A DNA stretch of 64,000 nt from Octopus vulgaris. Its lineage: Eukaryota. Each line of letters opens with the position of its first letter. Position 1 is the first letter of the stretch. A model generated the notes under the pieces. It was given only the letters and a program-made list of their open reading frames with translations. It had not been told where the DNA came from and searched no databases. The translations under genes and the position numbers were made by a program. Of this stretch, positions 50,976 to 64,000 are shown in pieces. The stretch spans positions 10,354,001 through 10,418,000 of the forward strand of contig OX597831.1 in NCBI GenBank assembly GCA_951406725.2, in the 5' to 3' direction.

Positions 50976-53650
50976 AAAAAAAAGGTATTCTATCTGTCTT
51001 TCTTTCTAATGTCAGTAGATTAAAACTGATAATTTTAGCATTTTTAGAGTGACAGTCCGCCACGGAAATACTTCTGGTTGGATTTTCAACAGGTCGTTAT
51101 ATTCGTGACTTGTACAACCGAAAGCCCTATATTCGCGACTTGTACAACCTAAATAAGGACCTCTTTGTTTAAATAATCATCCGTTTGTTTCTAATTTCAT
51201 CAAGGGTCTTGAGAGAAACCAATCACTTAATGAAACCCCGCCCCAGTTATTTCAAATAGGGAATGTGCATATAAGCATAGATTTTTTTTTGAAAAAAAAA
51301 ATGGCGAAATTTAATGAAATAGTTTTTGGCTAGTAAAGAATGATTTCACAAAAAAATGCTCTAAAAATTTACATTTAAAAAACTAAATGTTTTGAACGAG
51401 TTCTTGTGTAACAAACTTGGTTTGTAATCAGCCATAATTAACTACCTGAAAACTTTGCTACAAACTCTTTGAAAGGGAGTGTTTCTATGAAATCTAGATA
51501 ATGAATATAATGTAATTTATTTTATGAAACGTGGTTTTCTCTTTGTTTATTTTTTCTTACCTTTTCCTCATCACATTAACACTAAAAAGGAGTTCCTAAT
51601 TGAAAAGTGACTTTGCTTTTGTTTTTATTCGTTTCGATGTAAGCAAACATTTTAAATTGAAAGGAATTTATATCAATGACACGGCCTTATTAATTTGGAG
51701 AGAAACATTTCAGATATTCTACGGTAGTTCAGAATATTTCTTTAATGAATATAAAAATAACAAAACTTTAATGGCACGAAATATTACATAATCTAACTAA
51801 TATATGTCACCTTGTTAAGTTGTATGCTGCTGTGGCTGTTTATTGTTTTGACTCATTCTTGTTGAGAAACTTACGGTAGCTGGATCTCGACAACTATATG
51901 GCACTCATGTCTTGTCCTATCTAGTCAGACTGTACTTCTGTCTGTTCGTATATCACACTACATATTCAATTATAAAGTGATTCATTCTGTCAGGATATTT
52001 ATAACAGTCAGATCACATTGTACCGCCATGTGTGTGTTTGTTCTTGCCTTTTAAATTTTATTATGATAATCCTTTTTTTTTATTGATTATTAATTCAGAG
52101 GCTGGAACTCAAGCTACAAATCTACTACTCGGATACGGGTTGGTGCCAACGATGCATTCCCAGTCAGAACGAACATATGACACAAATTGGATACAAATGT
52201 GACCCATGTATATTTTCTTGGAATAATTTATAATTTATAGATATATTATACAATGGGTTTTTCCTCCTACAAACTGTCAGCGTACGATCTGGGAGCAATT
52301 CCGCTGCAGTGCATCTCAATTCGAGGTAGTACTGCGAGAGATTCGTTCACTGAAATAGATTAGAGCTATTCATCATATTTAAAGACAAGTTTGACCAAAC
52401 GTCACAAAGAATGTAATAGATATTACTCGGAAGTGTGTGTGTGTGTGAGGGGCATATATATGTACAGGTTTTGCGGGGGAACAATCAATGTTTTAACTAG
52501 TTTACAATTTTCCATTATGCGTACATCCAATATGATATCGCTGTTTTCGCAGGGGTATGTGTTATCTAGAGACGTGCCTTAAGAGCATATCGCTAATTTG
52601 ACCATTATATACGCTAACATATCGTGTTCTAAGTGCCCTACACTCTTTTCGATTTATACCCAGATATGAAATCGTGGCTTTATCTGATATGTACCATAAT
52701 ATGGATTATATACGAGTAGGATGTTGTAGTGACCATGCATTATAATTGTTCATGCCAAAATGGATTATTGTTTGTTTGTTTTTTAGCGAGTTACGCTATA
52801 TTAATATTTATGAATAAATCTAAAATTTACTGGTTTAGCTCGGTTTTACTACCCATCAATACATACAACGACAAAAATATATTCCATTTACAAGTGTTCA
52901 TTATAACGGTAACGTGTATAGTAGATTAATGATTTCATATTTATTCTTATGAGATTATTAGAAGCATAATTATGATGCAATATCTTGTCTCTGAATGGTC
53001 GCATAAGGTAAGGGCAATTAATTGCATTCATCTCGTTTCAAGGTGAGGAAGAGTTACATCTACAACATTTTCAAAACCTTCGAAATTTTAGGAAGGAAAA
53101 GGGAATGGAGTAGAGTCGGAAAATGTACCTGGATATCAGTTTGTTTTGTTTAGCCGGCAAAAGAATCAGATGTTCGAATCAGGACGAAGGATTCCTCTAA
53201 TCGTTTTCGACACGATTTTTATTGACGTAATTTCAGTCACAAGACTGCGTGTCATCTAAAGCTATATTGAAGATATATTTACGCATGCTATAGCGCAGAG
53301 AGTTTGGCATAAAACAACACAAACAGAACCATCCTTATACAATTTAATCTATGAATGCCTACCTTTTGAATAGTTGATCACTTCATTAGTCTAACTAACG
53401 CCAAGAAGTCTTGTCTTTCGTGACAAATGGTATTTCTTTTTTCTAATAAGTGTGATGTGTAGTCAAAGATAATGTCTTCTCTTGGCGCCCAAGACTAATG
53501 CAGATATCGAAATTTAACTTTTGCTGTACTGTAATCATGCTATTTGTCACAAAGTCCAACAACAGAAGGTCATGTCATTTTGAACTAAGGAATCCAACAC
53601 TTCATTTTTAATGAGTCATTCATTTAAGGTAGGAAAATAATACTCTTTAG

Positions 53651-53970
53651 TAATTTGGCTAATGCGTCAACGACGACGTGGGACCATGCACAGGCTAAGC
53701 CGTTATTACATGTGACAGATTTCAAAACTTTGGATATTAAGGATAGAGAGTTTCGTGGAAAATTACAGGAGTATTATAGTTATTCAAATGTAGACAAACT
53801 AAACGAGCACAAAACTCGCTTGAAGATGTTATTATTCGTTAGTCTGGAGGACGAAAGTACAAACGAACTTATAGAGAGTCTCCGTAACTTATGGACGGAA
53901 GAGAGGACAGTATATTCAAAAACAAGTCTCGGTGCGAATGCTTGCAGCAGAGAGGAACCCTCCGCTACAG
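53651..53970 (+). CDS. Probable internal coding exon, death-domain-like
   Basis: Acceptor tactctttag| and donor cag|gtacgc bound a 320-nt open, non-repetitive frame. NLANASTTTW..LHVTDFKTLD..LQEYYSY..TRLKMLLFVSLEDESTNELIESLRNL follows death-domain helix spacing by eye. Confidence 0.5.
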
Positions 53971-56435
53971 GTACGCAAGTATATGATGAGTACTGTACGA
54001 GAAAAACTCTGATTAATAATATTCTCTTCGTAACCATATCTAAATATTCAATTCCACGTTAGCCTCATAACGTTATGTCGGATGTCCTTCATTTTATTTT
54101 CCTTCATCTATACTAGATAATATTTGCTGTGAGTCAGAGTTAATATATCCTGCAAATCCAGTGATTATTTAGAGGGAGGAGTATTTTGAAAATTACAAAT
54201 ACACTTTTGTATTCCGCTAAAATTCTAGAACTGTTTTCTGTTTACCAGAAATTTTATTTCGCCTCAGAAACAATTCTAATTAATTTGAAACATTTAACAC
54301 TCAAGGCATTCGTATTAAACTTTTTATTCCCCTCGAATTTCTTCAAAGCCGGACCTTCTCAATAAGAATCACCCTAAAATTAATTATGTGAAAATGAGGT
54401 AGGGTTTTTAGAAAGGCTTTGTTTTCCTATTTCTACCATTTTATTTTGAAATTACAAATGTTCTGGTCGGTAGGATACAGGAATTTTGACGGACGTGTCC
54501 ACAGATAACACGCTGTCACAAGGTTTTACACGAAAGTTTAGGTCAATCAATCAATATTCAATATATACTACTGGCTGGTAACAGCATAATTGATTTCTTG
54601 ACTAAAATCGTGACCAGAATTTAACGTAGGAAGGGTGTTTTGGTGCAGTTTCTAGTGCCCTATTGGTTTGCTTCTCCCTAAAATAGATTAGAAAGTAGGC
54701 AAACTCGAACCCAGAGTGATATGCAGAAGCTGCATATTCAATGAATTTAATCGAGTAGGCTCGTCAGCTAAATGTTAAGTTTAGTAGAAATTATGAGTGT
54801 TATTCATTTAGCGGGTTGGGTAGATATTAAAAAGAAAAAGAATGCATAAAGTTTTACAATATTTATCAGATACCGCTGACGCAACAGCCATCATCATAAC
54901 CACAATTATAATAAAGATAAAACTGTTATTGAAAAATTCCACCATGGCTAACAGCTATCATACCACTCTCACCATAACAACCATTACAAAACCGACATTG
55001 TATTTAACCTTAACGAGTGTTATATTTGCTCAAAATTAAGGCTACAACTAATGATGCGGTGCAAAAGAAAAGCGAAAATTAATATATGTATTGCCAGAAG
55101 AAGGATTTGGCTTCCTCTGTTTGTTGAATGAAATCTGAATAATTAGAACGTCAAATAAATTGGAAATATTGCTTCTAATTGTCTTCTAAGTCCAGACGTA
55201 TTTTATACAATGCCTGAATATATAAATGAAGCGGCAGAGATAAATTAGAAAGTAAATGACACCGTCACTGACCCCCTGACCTTTCAATTAGTGACATGTG
55301 TTGCAAGATTTCCCCAAAATATCAGTAATCAATGCGATATCGTAATCGTTCTTGTTACGTTGTTGCAGTTAGATATATATATATATATAAAATTTTATAG
55401 TCACAAATTGTAACTAAGGGTGCTTCAACCCCCTTTGTTACAATTAGCGACGACAAAATGTATTCTTTATGGTGTGGTATTAGGCATAACTGGTTATATT
55501 AATTTATATATATATATATATATATATATAGATATATACAGGTTAGCTAATCAATTGTTTTTTTCTGATTTGTGGTGAGTAAATACTTGTTATAGAGTAA
55601 CTTATTCCGGGCAGTATTACAAGTTGTACAACGTCTTGTTTGTGCAGATGTTCTCTATGTTTCATGGCATTACGTAACTATAAAGAAGCACCAATTCAGA
55701 CACATACATATACCTATAACATATACCTATAAATTCAGACATATAAAAAAAAAATGCGAACACTTAGGTTGATATGCAAAAATAAATATAATTTCTATAA
55801 TTAAAAACGCGGTTGATTAGCAGAAGCTTTACAACGTGGAATAAAATTATATGCGGTAAATTCCCCAACGCCTCATTTAGAATCAAAAACTCAGATCGAT
55901 ATAAACAACTGCAGCCTCCTCTAGATCATTATTACTATCACATTCTCCTGGTAACGGACATTTCAAGACCTGGGTTATTATTCTGAATCATACATAATAT
56001 TTTGAATCAGGCTACGCGAGAACGATTGCCGTAATACCCGGGCGATATCGCACGTCTGCTCTATGTCGGATATTTTAGAATATCCGATATATTGGATATT
56101 TCATGTATCGTTATATTTACTTTTTATCAGTAGTAGATCTGTGGCCAAATTGGGGCATCGCCTTTATGTCCTTCACTGTTGCAGTATCGTGCTTATTATA
56201 TTAGTCTCTTTTGCAGAAGAGCTAATTTACAGGGACGTAAACACACCAACGCGACTTGCCAAACGGTCGGAGAGGTAAACGTAAATACAGCGATGCACAC
56301 ATATATATTTATATACATGTATATGTCTATGATACACACACACGCACGCACTTAGATGCACACAAATATATATCTATATCTTTATCTAAATCTATTTATC
56401 TGTGTATCTATCTCGGTGAGACCTCATATACTTTT

Positions 56436-56507
56436 GGTCTCATGGTGTAATGGTTAGCACTCTGGACTCTGAATCCAGCGATCCGAGTTCATGTCTCGGT
56501 GAGACCT
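56436..56507 (+). tRNA. trnQ-CTG: tRNA-Gln(CTG), possibly a retroposed copy
   Basis: 72-nt cloverleaf: acceptor GGTCTCA/TGAGACC, anticodon arm CTGGA-CTCTGAA-TCCAG (CTG at 56469-56471), T arm CCGAG-TTCATGT-CTCGG (A58 replaced by T), then trailer catatac and T6. Confidence 0.9.
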
Positions 56508-56514
56508 CATATAC

Positions 56515-56520
56515 TTTTTT
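56515..56520 (+). terminator. Pol III oligo-T terminator
   Basis: TTTTTT 7 nt after the tRNA discriminator base. Confidence 0.7.
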
Positions 56521-57625
56521 ATGGTGGTGCCCCACCATGGCCACAGCTCGTGAGATGAAACTAGATGAAAATGAAAAATGTATGTATGTATGTATGTATG
56601 TATGTATGTATGTATGTATGTATGTATGTATGTATGTATGTATGTATGTATGTATGTATGTATGTATGTATGTATGTATGTATGTATGCATGCATGCATG
56701 CATGCATGCATGTATCTATCTATCTATCTATCTATAATTAATAGGTATTCTTCCTTTGTTAATTGTGGTAAATAATTTCATTTACTAGTTTTATTCAATA
56801 AATGTATAACATATATAGATTTTTTTTTTCTTTTTTAAATATCATTAACTTACATTTGACATAACAATGGTAAGATATACTAGTATCGATAGGGGTAAAT
56901 TTCACAATAAATTAGAACATTCCCGTAAAGTTTATACAGATTGACTGTTTAATTTAATGTGTTTATAAAATAGTAGATAAGGCTTCCGTTATGTTTAGTA
57001 CTTTCTATATATATCGATATTGTATTTTTAGCTGTTTAATTTTATTAAGCTTTTTGAATTTTTAAAATTTTATTATTTTCTTAATTTTAAAACCTTTAAA
57101 AATTTATAAAAATATATTACGAAGTTATATATATATATATATTTTTTAGTTTTCATCTTATTTTTCATGAATATATCTTAGAATTTGTAGGATTAAATTG
57201 GATCCGTTAATAATAATAATAAGAAGAAAAATTGCCTAATGACGCACTGGGGGATTTATATATTAGATATAGCCAGCTAAAGCAAACCACCTGGGCAGAA
57301 ACATGTGTAGCGTTGATTAACATTATGTTCTTTCCTCACAGACTAATAGCAGGTAAGGTATATATATTTCTGAAAATATGTTTAAAAATTTTTTAATTAA
57401 TTCTATTGTACTTTATTCTTCTTGTATGTTATAGTAGGCTTTAAAATGCTTATATTATTAGATTAGTATTTTGAATATAATTTTCTATGTGTACTCCAGA
57501 AAATATGGTTGTCCTGAAATTGAAGTTGTGGTCCGGTTGGTAAAATCCAAAATTCGTAACAATATTATATACAGATCCCAGCATGGCCACAGCTCATTAG
57601 CTGAAACTGGAAAAATCAAATCAAA

Positions 57626-57676
<51 letters not shown>

Positions 57677-58050
57677 GAAGACAGAGATGCGGTGGGGAAA
57701 GAAAAGTATTTAACGTCAAACAATACAAACTCGTAACGCTATTGAAACGCATACATTAACGGGAATATGGAAAAATAAAGATAAATATCTCAGTAAATCA
57801 AAATTCCAATCGTTACACATCTTAAGTAAACATCAACACATCTTTATAAATAACTACGAAAGATGCCAACATATTTTCTGTTGACTTTGAATGGTGAAAC
57901 CGCATTGCCAAAAGTGCATCGCAAACAATTAGATTCTTATTTAGGCCTGGCACACACATCACCTGTTAGCAACTGAGGCTCGGCAGCATTTTATTTTCTC
58001 TACAACTACGTATCACATATAAGTGAAATTGTAACTTATATACACACACA

Positions 58051-58098
<48 letters not shown>

Positions 58099-58483
58099 AA
58101 CACACACACATACATACGAACACACGTACACACACACGTACAGATACAAGCATATATATTTTATTTTATAGAATTCGCACAGATATTGGGGACTTAGCAT
58201 GGAATGAGTTCTAATCCCCGAGGAAAAATCTAGAATTTAGATACAGTGTTTGAACGTCTCAAATGCGAATCTAAAATGTTGACAGTATAGAGTAAATGTT
58301 CAACCTCCTGGTATTTTACATTTGTTTTACTCATTGAAATGTGGCCATGCTGGGGCACCACATTGAACAAATGAGAAAATCTTCACTACTACTTATATGC
58401 TTTACTACTGGTATTTTCTTCTAACATACACTTTTACTGAAGTAATGATTAATGGGGATTGGTGTCATTTCCATTATAGCCAA

Positions 58484-58856
58484 TGACTGTGGCCATGCTG
58501 GAGCACCACCTTTAGTCGAACGAATCGATTACATGACTTATTCTTTGTAAGCCTGGCACTTATTCTATCGGTCTCTTTTGCCGAACCGCTAAGTTGCGGG
58601 GACGCAAACACACCAGCATCGGTTGTCAAGCGATGTTGGGGGGCCACATATACACAAACATATACACACACACATACATTTATATATATGTATACAACGG
58701 GCTTCTTTCAGTTTCCGTCTACCAAATCCACTCACAAGGCTTTGGTGAACCCGAGGCTATAGTAGAAGACACTCGCCCAAGCTGCCATGCAGTGGGACTG
58801 AACCCAGAACCATGTGGTTCGTAAGTAAGCTGCTTACCACACCCCCACTCTTACGC

Positions 58857-58857
<1 letters not shown>
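58484..58857 (-). mobile_element. SINE family A
   Basis: Reverse complement of the 6879-7315 pattern. Confidence 0.9.
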
Positions 58858-58895
<38 letters not shown>

Positions 58896-58986
58896 AATAT
58901 ATATATATATATGTGTGTGTGTGTGTATATATATATAAATATATATATAGTGAGATAGATAGATAGATGGATAGAGAGATATAATC

Positions 58987-59018
<32 letters not shown>

Positions 59019-60195
59019 TGAGAGAAAGAGATAGGTGGATAGTTGGATGAATGGATAGATCGGCATAAATCTGCTGCCAAATAGACTTACAGCAGACACA
59101 TCTAATTCTTGATGACCAAGAACATCGGTGAAGGAATTACGAAATGCCCACGCAACAAGGTGTTCCATCCTCTGCCTATTTTATCTCCCAGCCCATCTAT
59201 TCTTCTCTCGCTAGATCTATTTTCACTTACGTTCCATATTCCGTGCTACTAATTTCCCATTACTTGCAGTTGTTCAAACCTAATACTAACAACATCAGCC
59301 TAAGCAATCTGGGAATTAATGTCGATATCAAAAGACCGACCTTCTCCCGCATATGCACAAATATCAGACTAATTTTTAAAAATATAATTAACAGAAATAT
59401 CTATGGGGGCGATGTTAGTGGTGCTTGCTTTATTTACAGTTGGTGACATTCATCGTTAAAAGGAAAACAAAACACGAAAACCTTTAGTATCAGAAATGGC
59501 GCTCCCGTTATCTAAAATTTCTTTCAATAACCACAACTTGTTTATCAATTATTTACACCTTCATAATGTTTAATAAACAAGTAGATGTCGAACATTTAAT
59601 GGAATTCATAAACGTCTTTTAATGTGTTTACGTTTTAGAGAATTTCGTCATGCTAAATGAACATTTTTATTCCAAAGCATCTAAAAATCATTAATTTACA
59701 TGCAATATTTTGGAGACGTAATTGGAAAATGTCTACGGTTAATACATCTACGTTGGAACCATACGATCTGAGAGTACAGTATTTTTGCAGTATCTCTATC
59801 GATTTACTTGTTATTTCTTGATTATTTTTTGTAATGTATCGAGATATCCGGAATGAAAATGTAAAACAATTTTGAAACTATTTCTGTTGCATCTACAAGA
59901 AAAACAAAGCCATAATATTTTTAGGCTACGATTTAGTTATTGGTTGGTTTCATTTTTATAATTTTATGCTTAAGTTGTTTTATCTGAGTTCACTAGAAAG
60001 GAAAACATGTTCGGTCTCTCATTTGGCCAACATATTCTTGTTTCTTCTGTTTTTACTGTTATTGCTACAATACATTGAAAGACACTAATACAAAACGCTC
60101 TGCATCTGTCTCCATCCCGTATTTAATATGCATTCAAGGTTGTGTTATCAATTCTCCAAGGCGGTAAATAGACGTTTACCGCCTTGAACAAGAAA

Positions 60196-60426
60196 GGTGG
60201 CGAGCTGGCAGAAACGTTAGCACGTCGGGCGAAATGCGTAGCCGTATTTCGTCTGCCGCTACGTTCTCAGTTCAAATTCCGCCGAGGTCGTCTTAGCCTA
60301 TCATCCTTTCAAGATCGATAAATTAAGTACCAGTTACACACTGAGCTCGATGTGATCGACTTAATCCGTTTGTCCGATCGTGTTTGTCCCCTCTATGTTT
60401 AGCTCCTTGTGGATAGTAAAGAAATA
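60196..60426 (+). mobile_element. SINE family B, full length, tail type 1, with TSD
   Basis: Colinear with 3837-4066; TSD ggtaaatagacgtttac (60163-60179) / ggtaaatggacgtttac (60427-60443). Confidence 0.9.
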
Positions 60427-61136
60427 GGTAAATGGACGTTTACTGATATTTAACTGCTATGTCTGGTAGTTCGTGCAACTGATTTATTGGTCAGCCACTA
60501 GTACGGCCCGAATATTATTTATTTTCTATCTTTTATATACATCATTTCATAAACTTTAACTTGTAGAGGAGCCAACAAACTATATACACACGCTATAAGC
60601 TAAATTCAACAACATATGCAGACGATTTACTCAACAATTTTATAAAGCAAACACTGCTGAAAGTATTGAGAGATTTTCTGCCTTGAAATACTGTATAATT
60701 CGATATCTAAATATTTTAATATCTGACGGAAAATAACATCAGATACGGAAACAAATTAATGCTCTTCCTTTGGCTGCCTGCCTGGTACGTTACGGACTCA
60801 GCCATGTCCTTCGCCATATATTATGTCCAAATTGATCTCCTAAATGAAATCACAATTGTAATACTTAAGGAGTTAGAAAAGCTTCGTAAATTGATACTGC
60901 CTTTCGTGAATGTTGTTACGATGAGGGTAAAATTACTAACTGTTAAATGGACTACATGAATGTCTGCTCTTGATGTTAACAATTTCTGAACACTTACTAA
61001 ATACACACACACGCATATGTACGTAGCGAGAGAGAAAGAGAAAAGAGGTAGATAGATAGGTAGGTAGGTAGATAGATAGTAAGATACATACATACATACA
61101 TACATACCTACATACATACATACATACATACATACA

Positions 61137-61168
<32 letters not shown>

Positions 61169-61499
61169 ACATGCAGATGAAGTTTGACGTCTGGTAGGGC
61201 AGATGCCACCATTAACAAATTTAAAATTTCACCCTTTCATGTTTAAATGGAAACAATAACCAGTTATACATTGAGGTTGATCTAACACTACACGAAATTC
61301 ATAGATCTACCGATCTTCATAGAAATTATGTCCTTTCTATTTAATGTACCAGGAGGTTATTTCTTGCGTTCCATATCTCACCATTCAAAATTAATCATAT
61401 TAATGTTGACAGTTATACAGTATGAATGCTATTGACTAACGCGACGCAACTAAAGAATGAAGTAGACATCCATTATATAAGTTTCACTACCCACCCCGT

Positions 61500-61869
<370 letters not shown>

Positions 61870-62872
61870 ATATGTATATTTAAGTTTAATTAGGTTTTAT
61901 ATGAGGCCACAAATGGCTGCAGAAAGACATAAAGTTTTACTTCTGTCCAATATCTGATAAGTAAAAGAAAGAAAACAAAATGAATTTCACTTCCAGCATA
62001 GCAAAATTATCCGAATTGTTGATAGGAATCTTTTAAACCTGAATTGACATGTTATTAAGTGAAAAATTGTTAGAGTCATAACATTAAAATCTATCCGTAA
62101 TTTTACTGAAATGTATTTGGCTTGTGGTTTACCGATGCAAACACAGATAAACCATTCTATATATTTAAGCAACAATAACAGCAACAGCAACAACGACACT
62201 AAGATGATAAATAGGGATGCACGCATCTTATATGACACAAATATGCACACTCATTAAACTAATAAGATATTGCATATTATGTTATGCATATAGGTATACA
62301 TACATACTTATTAATTCATTCACATGCTGACAACAATAAATGGCTTATATACACTAATACGCACATGGAGTTGTGCATTAATTTTAAAGTTTGTTCCCTA
62401 GCATGACTAAATTGTAAAGCAATTATTTAGTATACTAGAATGATGTATCAACTTGAATTTCCCACTTGTATTTATCAAACGTTCTTTTCAATTGGTAGAC
62501 TGTATTTTAATACTTAACTTTGTATTGCTCTGAAGAGAAGATAATGGCGGACGTTATGTAGTGTTCCATGTTGTTTTAAAGTTTTCGGTATTTATTAACT
62601 TGCTGACGTTCCTGAATAAACCTGCGCCATTATAATATGAATAACTTCCATATTATTTGCAGGAAACCCAATGCTTCAGACGCTTGCTTTCATACATCTA
62701 ATAAGTAATACATATCTCATCAGTCTAATGGATTCATATTTATTAAACTTTGGTCTTGTCATCGATTTTGGATAGTTTGTCGACTAGAGCTTCGTTTTAA
62801 TGTCAGAAGGGTTGCTCGATTTTCCGCTATAGGTATAAGAACCATTTAGAAAAATAGAACGAGATCTTCTGG

Positions 62873-63020
62873 CAGTGTGGTAAATAGCTTCCTGATCAAC
62901 AACATGGTTCTGGTTTCAATCCCACTGCGTGGAATCTTGGGCGAGTGTCTTCTATTATAGACTCGGGCGGACCAAATCCTTGTGAGTGGATTTGGTTGAC
63001 GGAAACTGGAAGAAGACCGT

Positions 63021-63057
<37 letters not shown>

Positions 63058-63290
63058 GTGTGTGTGAGTGTGTTTGTGTTTGTGTGTGTGTGTGTGCCCC
63101 AACCACCTCTTGGCAACCGATGTTGGTGTGCTTATGTCCCCGTAACCTAACAGTTCGGCAAAGACACCGATAGAATAAGTACTTGATTTACAACAAATAA
63201 GTCCTGGGATCGATTCGTTCGACTTTTCAAGGCGGCGCTCCACTATGGCCTCGTCAAATAGCTGAAACAAATAAAAGTATAAAAGAATGA
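62873..63290 (+). mobile_element. SINE family A
   Basis: Colinear with 6879-7315. Confidence 0.85.
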
Positions 63291-63456
63291 AGAACGAAAG
63301 AAATTGAAAGCACAAACTGAATTTTATATAAACAGAGTCTATTGTGATGTGCGCGTTATATTTGAGGTAAAGTAGCTAAACTATAAGCGAGTATAAAGGG
63401 TAACCATCACAAGAAAGTTTATACAGTTCTATATTTAAGAGATGAGAAATTATGTA

Positions 63457-63674
63457 CATTATTTACATTATTTACATTTGACGGATATTTGTCCTCATCG
63501 TGTCTGTTGTTAATGCAACGTATATGTTGATATACCCTCCAGCCTTCATCGGGTGTCTGGTGATATTTCAAACTTCCTAAGGTTGTTTTCGATGTTATAT
63601 CAGCCGAAACGTTGTGTTAACAACAAAAAAAGATGAGGACAAATATCCGACAAATGTAAATAATGTAAATAATG
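63457..63674. mobile_element. Inverted pair of Penelope-like terminal fragments with complementary hammerhead remnants
   Basis: Arms 63457-63534 and 63597-63674. The minus strand has acac-CCGATGA-a-GGCTG; the plus copy has CAGCC-GAAA-CG-TT-GTGT. Confidence 0.75.
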
Positions 63675-64000
63675 AAGAAAGTTTATGCAAGTCAGTAATA
63701 TTCAAACGCCGATGGCAATTATGTTTGATAACACCGTGTTAAGATCTAAACAAAACAGGGTTATTTTATTAAGTGTACCGTCCATAAATTTCACAAGTCA
63801 CCTAAAATTTGGTTCCAGAACAACACGGCTCCTCCAAATTTCAAGCTCACAACATATAATAATATTAATACAATGTAATTAACTTCAACAGGTTCTGCCT
63901 TGTTCAAAATTATTCAGAAATAAATCCACGAAAATTGCACTGTTACACCAGAGCATGCAAGCATAACCTAGACATGTTTCTCCAAGAAATATCAACAGAG

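Overview
AT-rich eukaryotic intergenic/intronic DNA packed with microsatellites ((TA)n, (CA)n, (TATC)n, (TATG)n, trinucleotide runs) and tRNA-derived SINEs. The repeat make-up looks like an octopus (coleoid cephalopod) genome; this is inferred from pattern, not from a database search. Most ORFs in the supplied track are microsatellite artefacts. Recognisable items: (1) a 1.66 kb GC-rich non-LTR element at 4234-5894 (-) encoding only a frameshifted gag/ORF1-like CCHC protein. It has an 18-bp TSD, sits inside the head of a SINE, and shares its 3' tail with that SINE family. (2) Several short, TA-embedded, often fold-back elements carrying minimal type I hammerhead ribozyme motifs (Penelope-like), two families of which have the compensated G3:C8 core GUGAACA. 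(3) A tRNA-Gln(CTG) copy joined to a duplicate of its own 3' end and to a retroposon tail. (4) A decayed hAT transposase, a Tc1/mariner-type MITE and a 2.2 kb element with long inverted repeats. (5) A probable death-domain exon, with upstream remnants suggesting a TNF-receptor-like gene or pseudogene.
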